Of a DNA stretch of 59,526 nt, positions 26,143 to 35,076 are shown in pieces; positions within the stretch are counted from its first letter, which is position 1; each line of letters begins with the position of its first letter. The position numbers and the translations under genes were made by a program. The notes under the pieces were generated by a model. That model had not been told where the DNA came from. It saw only the letters and a list, made by a program, of their open reading frames with translations, and did no database searches. The DNA comes from a virus (Duplodnaviria; Caudoviricetes): positions 1 to 59,526 of IMG/VR virus record IMGVR_UViG_3300025168_000093. One strand, 5' to 3'.

Positions 26143-27257
26143 GTTTTGATATAGCATGGAGCAATCTTAAAAAATCAAGATATGTAGAAGAACAAGGTAA
26201 TCCCGGTCATCCTATACCTTTTAATACGATTTTAAATCGTATAATTACGGCTAATGGCGGTGACCCTAATGATGTTCCTAAAGAATTAAGAGCACAAATG
26301 AAAAATCACATTATGTCTAGTCCTCAAACCTATGGTTTGAATGCATTACATGGATTTAATCAAAAAGACTACAAAGACTATCGACAAAGACAAGAAGAAG
26401 TATTTCAAAGAATTTCAGGTGGAGAACTTGCTACCGGACCAGTTGAGCCACCAGTTGAGCCACCAGTTGAGCCACCAGTTGAAGACCTTGATTTTCTTGC
26501 TTTTGACCCTAAATTAAACAGGAGAAGACCACCGAGTGATGCTACTGGTCCTGCACAACCAAGAGACAACAAAAAATTCAAACAATCAAGAGGTCGTAAA
26601 ATGGATAGATTGGATAGACAAACCATTTGGCAACCTGAGCCTGAAGTAGCCAAAACTCCTTTGCCCGATAATATTAAATCTTTAAATAAATGGATTTTCG
26701 CTCAATTGAGCGATTTTAAAGGCACTTCCAAGCAAAAAAACGCGAAATGGAAGGAAATGAGAGATAATTTGGCTGGTCAGTTAGGTATACCTTTACCCGG
26801 TGAAAGAAAAAAAGTCGAAAAACCTATATCAAATTTAGTTGCAAATCCAATATTACCTAAAGAGGTTATACAACAAGATATTGATATGGCACGAAATAGA
26901 CATTCTGAACCAAGACAAATGACATTAGATGCATTTACTGCACAACCTAAAACAGCAGAAGTGAGAGGTGCTCAAAGCCTATTGAATAAACCAATATTAC
27001 CAACATCTACATCTAAGGTAGCACCACCACCGCCACCAGCAGCAGAAGAGGAAATTAGAAGAATTACACAACCCGGAATCAGCGAGTGGTCTAAAGACCG
27101 CAGAAGCGATGGTATTCAACCCATAACACAGGATAACCCCGGTATTTCACATGTAGACAAATTAAATCAATTATTGTCACAAGTAAAACAACAAGAGGAA
27201 GAAAGATTTCCCGGTCAAGCAAAAGTAAATTTTGATGAAAACGGTAATATGATATGA
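26139..27257 (+). CDS. Low-complexity protein, putative head cargo
   Basis: 372 aa; N-terminal FDIAWSNLKKS, PVEP repeats, C-terminal FDENGNMI. Confidence 0.65.
   Translation: MSFDIAWSNLKKSRYVEEQGNPGHPIPFNTILNRIITANGGDPNDVPKELRAQMKNHIMSSPQTYGLNALHGFNQKDYKDYRQRQEEVFQRISGGELATGPVEPPVEPPVEPPVEDLDFLAFDPKLNRRRPPSDATGPAQPRDNKKFKQSRGRKMDRLDRQTIWQPEPEVAKTPLPDNIKSLNKWIFAQLSDFKGTSKQKNAKWKEMRDNLAGQLGIPLPGERKKVEKPISNLVANPILPKEVIQQDIDMARNRHSEPRQMTLDAFTAQPKTAEVRGAQSLLNKPILPTSTSKVAPPPPPAAEEEIRRITQPGISEWSKDRRSDGIQPITQDNPGISHVDKLNQLLSQVKQQEEERFPGQAKVNFDENGNMI
26439..26483 (+). repeat. 12-bp coding tandem repeat (CCAGTTGAGCCA x3.7; PVEP)
   Basis: Read directly. Confidence 0.9.
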
Positions 27258-27277
27258 TACGAGTGGAGTGAAATGTC

Positions 27278-28933
27278 ATGCCACAAGTATTCAGCCCCGG
27301 AGAAGCGGAAACTAGACCTTTAGACCCCGATGCTATTGTTTACACAACTGCTCAAAAAATAGCAGACTTGCTTGAAATAGGACCTCAAGAAGCAGTATTA
27401 GTAAATGCTAACTCTATAGCAAATTCTGTCTATGTAACAGGAGCAGATTATAGAAACATAGGATTTACTGTAGGCGACACCTTGTTAATTTACTCAGATG
27501 CTGACCCTCTTGGTGTTGATAGAGTTATAACCTCTATAGGCACAGATACAGCAGGAGTTAAATTAAGTTTTACTGATGCGTTAAATCCCGTATCTCATTA
27601 CGAAGCGGGAGATAATACATATGTACAAAATCAAGCATCTTTCACTAACGGTAGAACTAGAGGTGTAAAGCGTTCTAAAGTAGAAGAACTCATTAAAAGA
27701 ACACAGGATAGAATAGATAATAAAACACATAATTCATGGAGACCAAACTTGGTTTCAGCAGAATATATTAATTTCGATACTTACAAACCATATAGAAGAA
27801 GGTATTACACTGATTATGTGGGTACGAGTCCACTGTTATTTAGAAATATACAGCAAATTCTAAGATTGGAACTATGGCAAGGTGACGATTATCGTGAAAT
27901 CGGTGCAGCGGAAGCACGTCTGAAAATAGCGAATTACGCAGGGCTATCGGGCGATTCAATATATTTGTCTCCGGGTAATGGTAGTGTAGGAACTCTAAGC
28001 ATCGGTACCAACACCACACAATGGAGGTCAGATTTCGATATGATAACAACAGCGCAAAATCTTGCAGACCTTATCAACAAAGAAGATAGAGTAGGTAAAA
28101 CAGCAGTAGATTTCTCACCCACGTTCTTACTTGAAGGTAGCACATCCAATGTTGCTGTACACAATGAATTCCTAGCAACCGCTAATTCTGATTACGGCAG
28201 TGGTATAGTAAAAATCAGTAGCATGAGGTCTACACAATCAGGAGAGACTTGTAGCATAGCAACTACTGATACTACTAATATTGAGATAACTCAGACAGCA
28301 TCTACTTCTACATATAGTGCATCTGTTAGTTCAACCACTGTTACTCTTGGGTATATCTATGAAGACGGTCAAGCCACTGCTGGACCATCTCATACTACCG
28401 GATTTGCAGAAAAGGGATTATTACAAGTAGGTAATGAAGTGTTATCTTATACCGGTAAGACTGCAACTACATTACACCCCGACACAGGCGCTGTGACCGC
28501 CTTTGGTACTTTTACCGGATGTGTAAACCTGAACGGAACACCTCTATCTACTCTTAACACAACAGGTACAAAGATAACTCAACACAGGTTATCTGTAGAC
28601 CTACAAGGAGGTAGCGCTAGTGGTGATAGAGGTAGACTGAGAGATTGGTGGTTAGACAGCGAAATGGGTATTATTTATTTCAATAATTCTTATCCTTTCT
28701 TTGAGTGGAATGCTATCAAGACATCATATATTTATGGAGAGAGATACCTTGAAAAAGCAATAGAAGATATATGCACCAAGATGGTTGCTATTGAGTTGTT
28801 AATGAGTGATGACAGAAGTGTATTGATACCTGAAGGCACTCAAAACGTCGATTTGGCTTCAAAAATAAATCTTTACAGACAAGATATTGATAGAATGCTC
28901 CCTAGATATGTGGAGGTCGTCGCTTTTGAGTGA
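27278..28933 (+). CDS. Head-tail adaptor / neck protein with inserted beta-rich domains
   Basis: N-terminal YTTAQKIADLL and VEELIKRTQDRIDNKT; C-terminal SYIYG...AIEDICTKMVAIELL as in adaptor proteins; position between head and tail genes. Confidence 0.65.
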   Translation: MPQVFSPGEAETRPLDPDAIVYTTAQKIADLLEIGPQEAVLVNANSIANSVYVTGADYRNIGFTVGDTLLIYSDADPLGVDRVITSIGTDTAGVKLSFTDALNPVSHYEAGDNTYVQNQASFTNGRTRGVKRSKVEELIKRTQDRIDNKTHNSWRPNLVSAEYINFDTYKPYRRRYYTDYVGTSPLLFRNIQQILRLELWQGDDYREIGAAEARLKIANYAGLSGDSIYLSPGNGSVGTLSIGTNTTQWRSDFDMITTAQNLADLINKEDRVGKTAVDFSPTFLLEGSTSNVAVHNEFLATANSDYGSGIVKISSMRSTQSGETCSIATTDTTNIEITQTASTSTYSASVSSTTVTLGYIYEDGQATAGPSHTTGFAEKGLLQVGNEVLSYTGKTATTLHPDTGAVTAFGTFTGCVNLNGTPLSTLNTTGTKITQHRLSVDLQGGSASGDRGRLRDWWLDSEMGIIYFNNSYPFFEWNAIKTSYIYGERYLEKAIEDICTKMVAIELLMSDDRSVLIPEGTQNVDLASKINLYRQDIDRMLPRYVEVVAFE

Positions 28934-29327
28934 TGTTGATTTTGAAAATAGAGTTTTTAAATCTTTTTTTAAAGTAGTAAACCAAAGTATGGCTATAACA
29001 AAAAAACAAAAAGAAATCAAAAGTGCTTTGGTTAATGACCCTGAAACAGAATCCTTCAAAGGGATAATAGAAAAACAAGAGTTATCCATGTATGGTTTTC
29101 AAAAAGATAAAGAAGATATCTATTTAAATGGAAACCAACAACCAATTTCTATAGAAGAAAAAGCAAAAATACAATCAAATATAGAACTTAGGATGATAAC
29201 AGAAAGCCCAAAACTAAATAATTTGAGTCTTATGAATATGCAAGGAAAAATTATTCTTGATAGTGAAAGTATAAAGAACGCCGTTAGAAGAGGCGACGAT
29301 AAAGAGAACGTAGGGAGAGGATATTGA
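28926..29327 (+). CDS. Hypothetical neck-region protein
   Basis: Probable TTG28926 start after GGAGGT (track 28887). Confidence 0.55.
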   Translation: MSDVDFENRVFKSFFKVVNQSMAITKKQKEIKSALVNDPETESFKGIIEKQELSMYGFQKDKEDIYLNGNQQPISIEEKAKIQSNIELRMITESPKLNNLSLMNMQGKIILDSESIKNAVRRGDDKENVGRGY

Positions 29328-29776
29328 TGGTTGCTACATACACTGAAGGTATTGACACTGTTTTGAATTTATTCACTCAAAATTGGAATAGAGGCAACAC
29401 AGATAACATAAAACCTATAATCATAGATATAGCAGATGTAGGAGCAGAAAGAGGAAAGCGTTTAGATTTGACTAACTCAGATTACGTTATGGTGTTTGAA
29501 ACAGCGCACAACGAAGAAGTGCCTGAAATTCTATACGATTTCGTTACTACTAGAATCAACATAACCGTTGATATAAGAACTTCTAAAGGCAGAGATAGAA
29601 TGAAAAAAATGGAAAATGAGATTAGAAGATTAGTACATTTAAAACGCAAAGGGGATGGTGTAAATTTCGATAGGTTAGTATACAAAACACGCACAGACCT
29701 CTCTGATAGGAGCAAGCGGATTTTCAGAATGACATTCCAAGTAGAAGTTATAATCTTTGCAGAACTAATACCATGA
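29327..29776 (+). CDS. Putative tail terminator / completion protein
   Basis: About 150 aa; INITVDIRT...MENEIRRLV...FRMTFQVEV; lies immediately before the tail tube gene. Confidence 0.6.
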   Translation: MVATYTEGIDTVLNLFTQNWNRGNTDNIKPIIIDIADVGAERGKRLDLTNSDYVMVFETAHNEEVPEILYDFVTTRINITVDIRTSKGRDRMKKMENEIRRLVHLKRKGDGVNFDRLVYKTRTDLSDRSKRIFRMTFQVEVIIFAELIP

Positions 29777-29787
29777 GGTGAAAAATT

Positions 29788-31812
29788 ATGCCATCAACAG
29801 TCTATAAGGGTGATTTAACAGAGATATCTTTTGGTAGAGAAAGCGGTATAACTTTACCTTCTGATTATGACTATCCCGATGTCCCCGGTGCTGGCGACCG
29901 TTTTCATTTCACAGTGTCTGCTGAGAGTGAAAGTGACGACACTAGCACAATTAAGTTACTAAAAGGACATGACAACACTCCTGTTGAAGCCGGAATTTTA
30001 GCATATCCGTTGGGTATGTTGGTAGGTAGTGAGTTAATTTTTTCCGGTCTTAGCGCTTCTCAAAACTTCAGCACAGAAGACAATTTTAATAAATCAGGTA
30101 GAAGATATACTATAGTTTCCGATACTAGAGCGACAGGTTATACCGAATTAGTCATTACCCCAAAGATGATTTCAGCGCTTACAGATAGTCCTACTACAAT
30201 CAATAGCACAAATGGCACAATCCATATAATGCCTTTTTGCACACCATCTTTAGACATAGAATCCACATGGCATACTAACGCTAATGAATCTTCCGAGAGT
30301 GTTTTAACAGACCAATTTGCTGGTTTGATAAACACTTTATCTCTACCGGAAACCAAGGTAGACCTAAAGAGAATGCATGTAATTGGTTTAGGTAGAGATG
30401 TTGCCATACAAGTACCGGGTCGTTTCACTAACACAGGAGGTCAATTTGAAACTTCTATGCACAATGCAAGATGGTTATATTATGCGTTAGGTCTAGAATC
30501 GGTAAAAATAGTCACATCTTTACAAAATGCTTCTACTTATAAATTGAGAGCCGCTACTGCGGCTGGTGCTAACATGATAATTTACGACGGAAGTGATACA
30601 GCACCAACTCTAACGGGTGGTGTCACAGTAACTGCCGGTGATTATGTTTTTATCAAAGATGTAGATGTTATACCTCTTCATTTGCACAAAGACGTAGGTA
30701 GTTCTCCTGAAGTATTTGGGGTCGATGACGTGGGTCCTGAAGACATTGTAACACAAACTCAAAAGAACGAGATAAGAAGAATTGTGGCTATACATCATAA
30801 TACTGCTGCAACGAATTCATACATATGGTTAGATGGACCACTTGATTTTGCACATGCCGATAATACAAATATTGGTTTCTTAGCACATGATAGCACAAGT
30901 ACAGGCTCACCTGAAATGAGCACTGCCACAAGCACATATGGTACTTTGACAAACCCTGTGAATAGAGTATTATTTTCTCAAACACATATACCATCTTTTG
31001 CTTTTGAAGTCAGTATAAGAAGAAACGATAATCAAGATGATGATGGCACTACGTCGGAAGTAATCAGTGGTGGCTCTACGGACGCTAAACAACTAACAAG
31101 AGTATTTAGAGGTTGTAAAGTTAAAGATTTCTCGATGGTTGCTGACACTGATGCTGCTGTGAGATTGAATGTTGGATTCGATGCTGCACTTTGTTACACC
31201 GATACTGGTAGACTTGAGACGGGTGATAATAAGGGCGATAGATTTGATGTGCACAGAGTCTTTGAAGATGTTGCTAATAACGAAATTGCTAGAAAGAAAG
31301 CAGGAATAGCAAAACGCACACAAAAACCATTTATGTTTTACAACGGTACTATAGAAGTAGGTGGTGTAACATTGGGACAAGTGGTATCTTTTGACTTAAA
31401 AGGCAAAACTGGTGTAAAACAATTCTATACTATATCAGGCAACAAAATAGCAGATTTGCTTACAGACCAAGTGCCTTTCGGTGGTGCTAGGAATGCAAGT
31501 CTATCCGTAGAAGGTAAAACCGAATATGAATTAGATATGGAAATCATAATTGATGACCCCACTCTATATCATCAAATGCGTAGAGCAGTTGAAACTTTCG
31601 ATGATGTCAATAAATTAGTACGTCTTAGTTTCACTAAACAAGGTGCAGGTGTTGCATCAGGTAGAGAATCCATGGACATAGTAATGGATGATTACTACAT
31701 TATAGAAGCACCTATGCCTATACCTGAAGATAAAGGTCCTTTAAGGTCCAAATTAAAAATCATGCCTAAAACACTTAGGGTCTTTTCGCAAGATACGGTA
31801 TTCCATTATTGA
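29788..31812 (+). CDS. Tail tube (major tail) protein with inserted domains
   Basis: GAGGTGA RBS; N-terminal YKGDLTEISFGRE; LYYALG, PSFAFE, VFRGCKVKDFSM, PFMFYNG tube-like motifs; 674 aa. Confidence 0.7.
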   Translation: MPSTVYKGDLTEISFGRESGITLPSDYDYPDVPGAGDRFHFTVSAESESDDTSTIKLLKGHDNTPVEAGILAYPLGMLVGSELIFSGLSASQNFSTEDNFNKSGRRYTIVSDTRATGYTELVITPKMISALTDSPTTINSTNGTIHIMPFCTPSLDIESTWHTNANESSESVLTDQFAGLINTLSLPETKVDLKRMHVIGLGRDVAIQVPGRFTNTGGQFETSMHNARWLYYALGLESVKIVTSLQNASTYKLRAATAAGANMIIYDGSDTAPTLTGGVTVTAGDYVFIKDVDVIPLHLHKDVGSSPEVFGVDDVGPEDIVTQTQKNEIRRIVAIHHNTAATNSYIWLDGPLDFAHADNTNIGFLAHDSTSTGSPEMSTATSTYGTLTNPVNRVLFSQTHIPSFAFEVSIRRNDNQDDDGTTSEVISGGSTDAKQLTRVFRGCKVKDFSMVADTDAAVRLNVGFDAALCYTDTGRLETGDNKGDRFDVHRVFEDVANNEIARKKAGIAKRTQKPFMFYNGTIEVGGVTLGQVVSFDLKGKTGVKQFYTISGNKIADLLTDQVPFGGARNASLSVEGKTEYELDMEIIIDDPTLYHQMRRAVETFDDVNKLVRLSFTKQGAGVASGRESMDIVMDDYYIIEAPMPIPEDKGPLRSKLKIMPKTLRVFSQDTVFHY

Positions 31813-31819
31813 GGTAAAT

Positions 31820-32632
31820 ATGTTACCTTCACCGTACTCAAGAAAGAAAAAGTTTAGAAAACTAGGTCTGAAAAGATATCTTGCTTGGATATCCAATGAA
31901 TTAAACATAGACTTACTCTCATTAGTTGATGAAGATGTTAGAACAAGAAACGAATTAGATGCTATGATAGTCTCTAAGATAGATTCTGTGGAAGTAGAAG
32001 TAGAAGTAGAAAAACCCACAGTTATAGATTTGACAATTTTACCGGAACCCGATTTGGTACAATTAAAAGTTCCTGAACACATAGAGAAAATAGAAATAGA
32101 AACGCCTACGTGGGTAGAAGCAGTAGAAGACATAGAAGGCGTTAGTTATGATGAGAATTTTGAAGAAAATGACGAAGATACAATGGAGATTATTGATGAA
32201 GAGCATCTCAAAATTCTTCAGGAAGTAGACGATGAAAAACCCGCATGGGTAGATTTAGAGGGCGATGCATACGTTGCTCACATTAGGGAAATAGAAGAAC
32301 AAATAGAAGAAGAAATAGAAGAAATTGTTTTGAATAAAGAACAACCTTTCTTCATAGAGAAAATAAATTATTCCTCCATGACCGTACGTGAACTACAGAG
32401 TTACTGTAGAAAGCGCGGTGTCAAAATCAGTGGTACAAAAGCAGAAGTAGTTATGCGATTGAACCGTCATGATGATGGCATAATGGAAGACACCGCAAAT
32501 AGTGAACCCGAAGCCCCCTCTGAAGAGGCTGCTGAAGAAACACTGGATGCCCCCGTTGAAGAAACGGCTGTGACCGATGGTGAAATAAATGAATATAGCG
32601 AACAAAGAAGAATTATTGACGAAGAAGAATGA
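31820..32632 (+). CDS. Acidic protein with SAP domain
   Basis: YSSMTVRELQSYCRKRGVKISGTKAEVVMRL matches the SAP consensus; the remainder is Glu-rich. Confidence 0.75.
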   Translation: MLPSPYSRKKKFRKLGLKRYLAWISNELNIDLLSLVDEDVRTRNELDAMIVSKIDSVEVEVEVEKPTVIDLTILPEPDLVQLKVPEHIEKIEIETPTWVEAVEDIEGVSYDENFEENDEDTMEIIDEEHLKILQEVDDEKPAWVDLEGDAYVAHIREIEEQIEEEIEEIVLNKEQPFFIEKINYSSMTVRELQSYCRKRGVKISGTKAEVVMRLNRHDDGIMEDTANSEPEAPSEEAAEETLDAPVEETAVTDGEINEYSEQRRIIDEEE

Positions 32633-32954
32633 ACGAAAACACGAACTAAGTATTAGTCGGGATGACCCTGACAAAATTATGGAGGTGTGGATTCGGGATA
32701 TTACTTTTTTCGATGTCCAAGTAGCCGCCCAAAAGATGTTTAATATTGGTTCCAATGGAGATGCAACACTCGACTTAGAAGGATATTGGAAACACGCATT
32801 CAAACATTGGGTAGTGAGAACTAATCCACATTTAGAACCTAGAGAACTATACCAACTCAACGCATACGTAGGCGAGCAATTGTCAGCCGTATTACCCAAG
32901 CCTAATGATTTAGCAAAGGCAATGCAAAGTGGTTTTACGAAAGCGAACAATTGA
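32589..32954 (+). CDS. Putative tail assembly chaperone (gpG-like)
   Basis: 121 aa between the tube and tape-measure-like genes; GGTGA RBS. Confidence 0.6.
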   Translation: MNIANKEELLTKKNERKHELSISRDDPDKIMEVWIRDITFFDVQVAAQKMFNIGSNGDATLDLEGYWKHAFKHWVVRTNPHLEPRELYQLNAYVGEQLSAVLPKPNDLAKAMQSGFTKANN

Positions 32955-33229
32955 GGATTCAAAAATTTTTGGAGAAGAAGAGGGTAGATGATGCAGATGA
33001 TATCACTCTTCAGAATCAGTTGTTCGCTTACACAGTCGCTAAACATTATGGTCTTTCCATTGGTGAGGTGTTAAATATGGGGATAGCCGAATTTAGACAA
33101 TCTTTGTCTTGGGCTATCGCAATGCAAGATAGAGAAAATAAACAAAAAGCCAAACAAAGCATGGAAAACGAGACTGGTAACGAAACCATTACACTAGACT
33201 ACGGCTTCCTAGACTCAGAGGTGGACTGA
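32951..33229 (+). CDS. Putative tail assembly chaperone (gpT-like, -1 frame)
   Basis: YTVAKHYGLSIGEVLNMGIAEF pattern typical of gpT-like segments; overlaps the upstream ORF in the -1 frame. Confidence 0.55.
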   Translation: MRIQKFLEKKRVDDADDITLQNQLFAYTVAKHYGLSIGEVLNMGIAEFRQSLSWAIAMQDRENKQKAKQSMENETGNETITLDYGFLDSEVD

Positions 33230-33900
33230 TGGCGGAAGAATTGAGACCTTTAGCGGAGGCTCTACAGTTAGTTGCAGAACTTGCAAAATTTGCTGCTGGT
33301 GTCGTTTCCGGTTTAACCGCTGTTGTAGTAACCATAGGTGTAAAAATCTTTCAGGTGCTTAGTGGAATAGCAAGTGCTGGTTTGGTTGCATGGGGAAAAA
33401 TTAAAGATGGATATAATGAACACATTAAACCTTTGGCCGAGAATTTTCGTGAAAATTGGAGAGTTATATTTCCAAAAATCTCTTTGGGTTTCGATATTCT
33501 AACAGCAGCAGGTAAAGCACTAGGGACTGCAATACAGGTTGCTTTAGATTTTTCTGCTGGACCCTTGACATTTATTTTGGAGAATGTATTAAAACCTCTT
33601 GTATCAGAAATACAAGATATTATTGATTATATTACAGATTCTACAGTGATGAAAATTTATGAAGGTGCCTCTAAAGGAAAAGAGTCTGTGATGGCCGGAG
33701 AAACAAATATTATAGGTAGGAAGGCGGGAGTCGACGGCATAAGTGATAGACAAATCATCAATCAAGTATTTAGAAATACATTCGAGGTTAGTGGTGTAAC
33801 CGATAGAACTGATAAAAAAGCATTGGTTAAAGAAATAAGTAAAATGTTACAAGATAACATAAGAACAAGTAATTTTTCATTGGGTGGAAAATTAGCATGA
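33229..33900 (+). CDS. Short tape-measure-like protein
   Basis: Position after the chaperones; amphipathic helical Ala/Gly/Ile composition (AWGKIKDGYNEHIKPL); only 223 aa. Confidence 0.5.
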   Translation: MAEELRPLAEALQLVAELAKFAAGVVSGLTAVVVTIGVKIFQVLSGIASAGLVAWGKIKDGYNEHIKPLAENFRENWRVIFPKISLGFDILTAAGKALGTAIQVALDFSAGPLTFILENVLKPLVSEIQDIIDYITDSTVMKIYEGASKGKESVMAGETNIIGRKAGVDGISDRQIINQVFRNTFEVSGVTDRTDKKALVKEISKMLQDNIRTSNFSLGGKLA

Positions 33901-35063
33901 GTACAGGTACGCCCATTCGTTTGGTTAGAGAAGACGGAAAATTAATTTCATTAAATGCAACTGAAATTGCTTTAACCACAGAAAGAAAGTTTGGTCCAAT
34001 GGCTCTACCCGGTTATGGTAGTCAAAGAGTTGCCATAGATTTGAATATAAACAAAGCAGAAATACGCATTGATGGATTTTTCACTGATGATACTGTACCA
34101 ATAGGGGGTGCTTTTGCATATGCTACAATTAATTTTTTAGAGGCAAAAACAACCGATTCAACACAAAGTTATGTTGTAATAGAAGGACACGGAGGTGCCT
34201 CTTTTTCTTCATCGTGGAATCTTAACAAAATGTTTACAGCAACTACTACTATCTTATTTAAATCTACCAATGGTACTTTAGATGCAATTTTATTATATGA
34301 AGTCTCAGGTAGCACCGCTACTGCATACGATAGTAGTAATACAAGAGTCAACATAAACCCTTCAACTGCTACTGCTACTCAAATAGCAACGGCTGTGAAA
34401 GATTATATCAATGCTCAATTATCTGCTAGATATGCTGCTTCTACTTATGATATAGGTTCTTTATCTAGTGGTGTTAATGCTGGTGTTTTAATTACGAATA
34501 CTGTTATGGGTGCAGGCGGTAATAATAAATCAACTCCTACATTTCAAGGAAACCAAGATAAAGGTTTTTTAATACCTATGATAGAGACTTTCAACGGTGG
34601 TTCTACTGCTGTACAACAATCTGCTGGCGATAAGGCTCAAGATTTGTATTCAATAGCAAATAATAGTAGTAAATCTTTATGGGCTGAATATGATAAGGCA
34701 AACCCCTTTAATAAAATAGCGGATGCTATTGTAAATTGGATTGGCAGTACGGCGCCCGTTAGGGCTGGTGGTCAATCGGACTATATCATAGGTATACAAA
34801 TACCATTTAATTCAAAAATCAACGCTGGTGGTAATGAATATGTTGCAAAAAATTTCTTCATGCCTACGGGTTTAGAGCATATGCTGAAAAGCCCTAACAA
34901 GAAAAATTCTTTTGTAGCCAAAAGTGCTGGTACCACCTTTAACGCATGGAATGATTTCACTGGTATACAAGGTGGTTTAAAAAGCCTAGATATAATTTAT
35001 AATGCTGGTGAAGCAATTTATAATTTTACAATGGTGTTCTTACCAGCAGATACTGTATTCTAA
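33897..35063 (+). CDS. Putative distal tail / tail-tip protein with inserted domain
   Basis: Follows the TMP-like gene; N- and C-terminal beta segments (EIRIDGFFTDD; YNFTMVFLP) flank a Ser/Thr-rich insert. Confidence 0.5.
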   Translation: MSTGTPIRLVREDGKLISLNATEIALTTERKFGPMALPGYGSQRVAIDLNINKAEIRIDGFFTDDTVPIGGAFAYATINFLEAKTTDSTQSYVVIEGHGGASFSSSWNLNKMFTATTTILFKSTNGTLDAILLYEVSGSTATAYDSSNTRVNINPSTATATQIATAVKDYINAQLSARYAASTYDIGSLSSGVNAGVLITNTVMGAGGNNKSTPTFQGNQDKGFLIPMIETFNGGSTAVQQSAGDKAQDLYSIANNSSKSLWAEYDKANPFNKIADAIVNWIGSTAPVRAGGQSDYIIGIQIPFNSKINAGGNEYVAKNFFMPTGLEHMLKSPNKKNSFVAKSAGTTFNAWNDFTGIQGGLKSLDIIYNAGEAIYNFTMVFLPADTVF

Positions 35064-35076
35064 ATTGGTGATTAAT

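Noticed and set aside
3373-26483. Short tandem repeats as a CRISPR array or contingency loci
   Set aside because: The units are 12 or 18 bp (multiples of 3), lack spacers and encode low-complexity linkers in frame.
29788-31812. Contractile tail sheath
   Set aside because: The motifs fit a tube protein with inserts, and no sheath- or baseplate-wedge-type genes were recognised.
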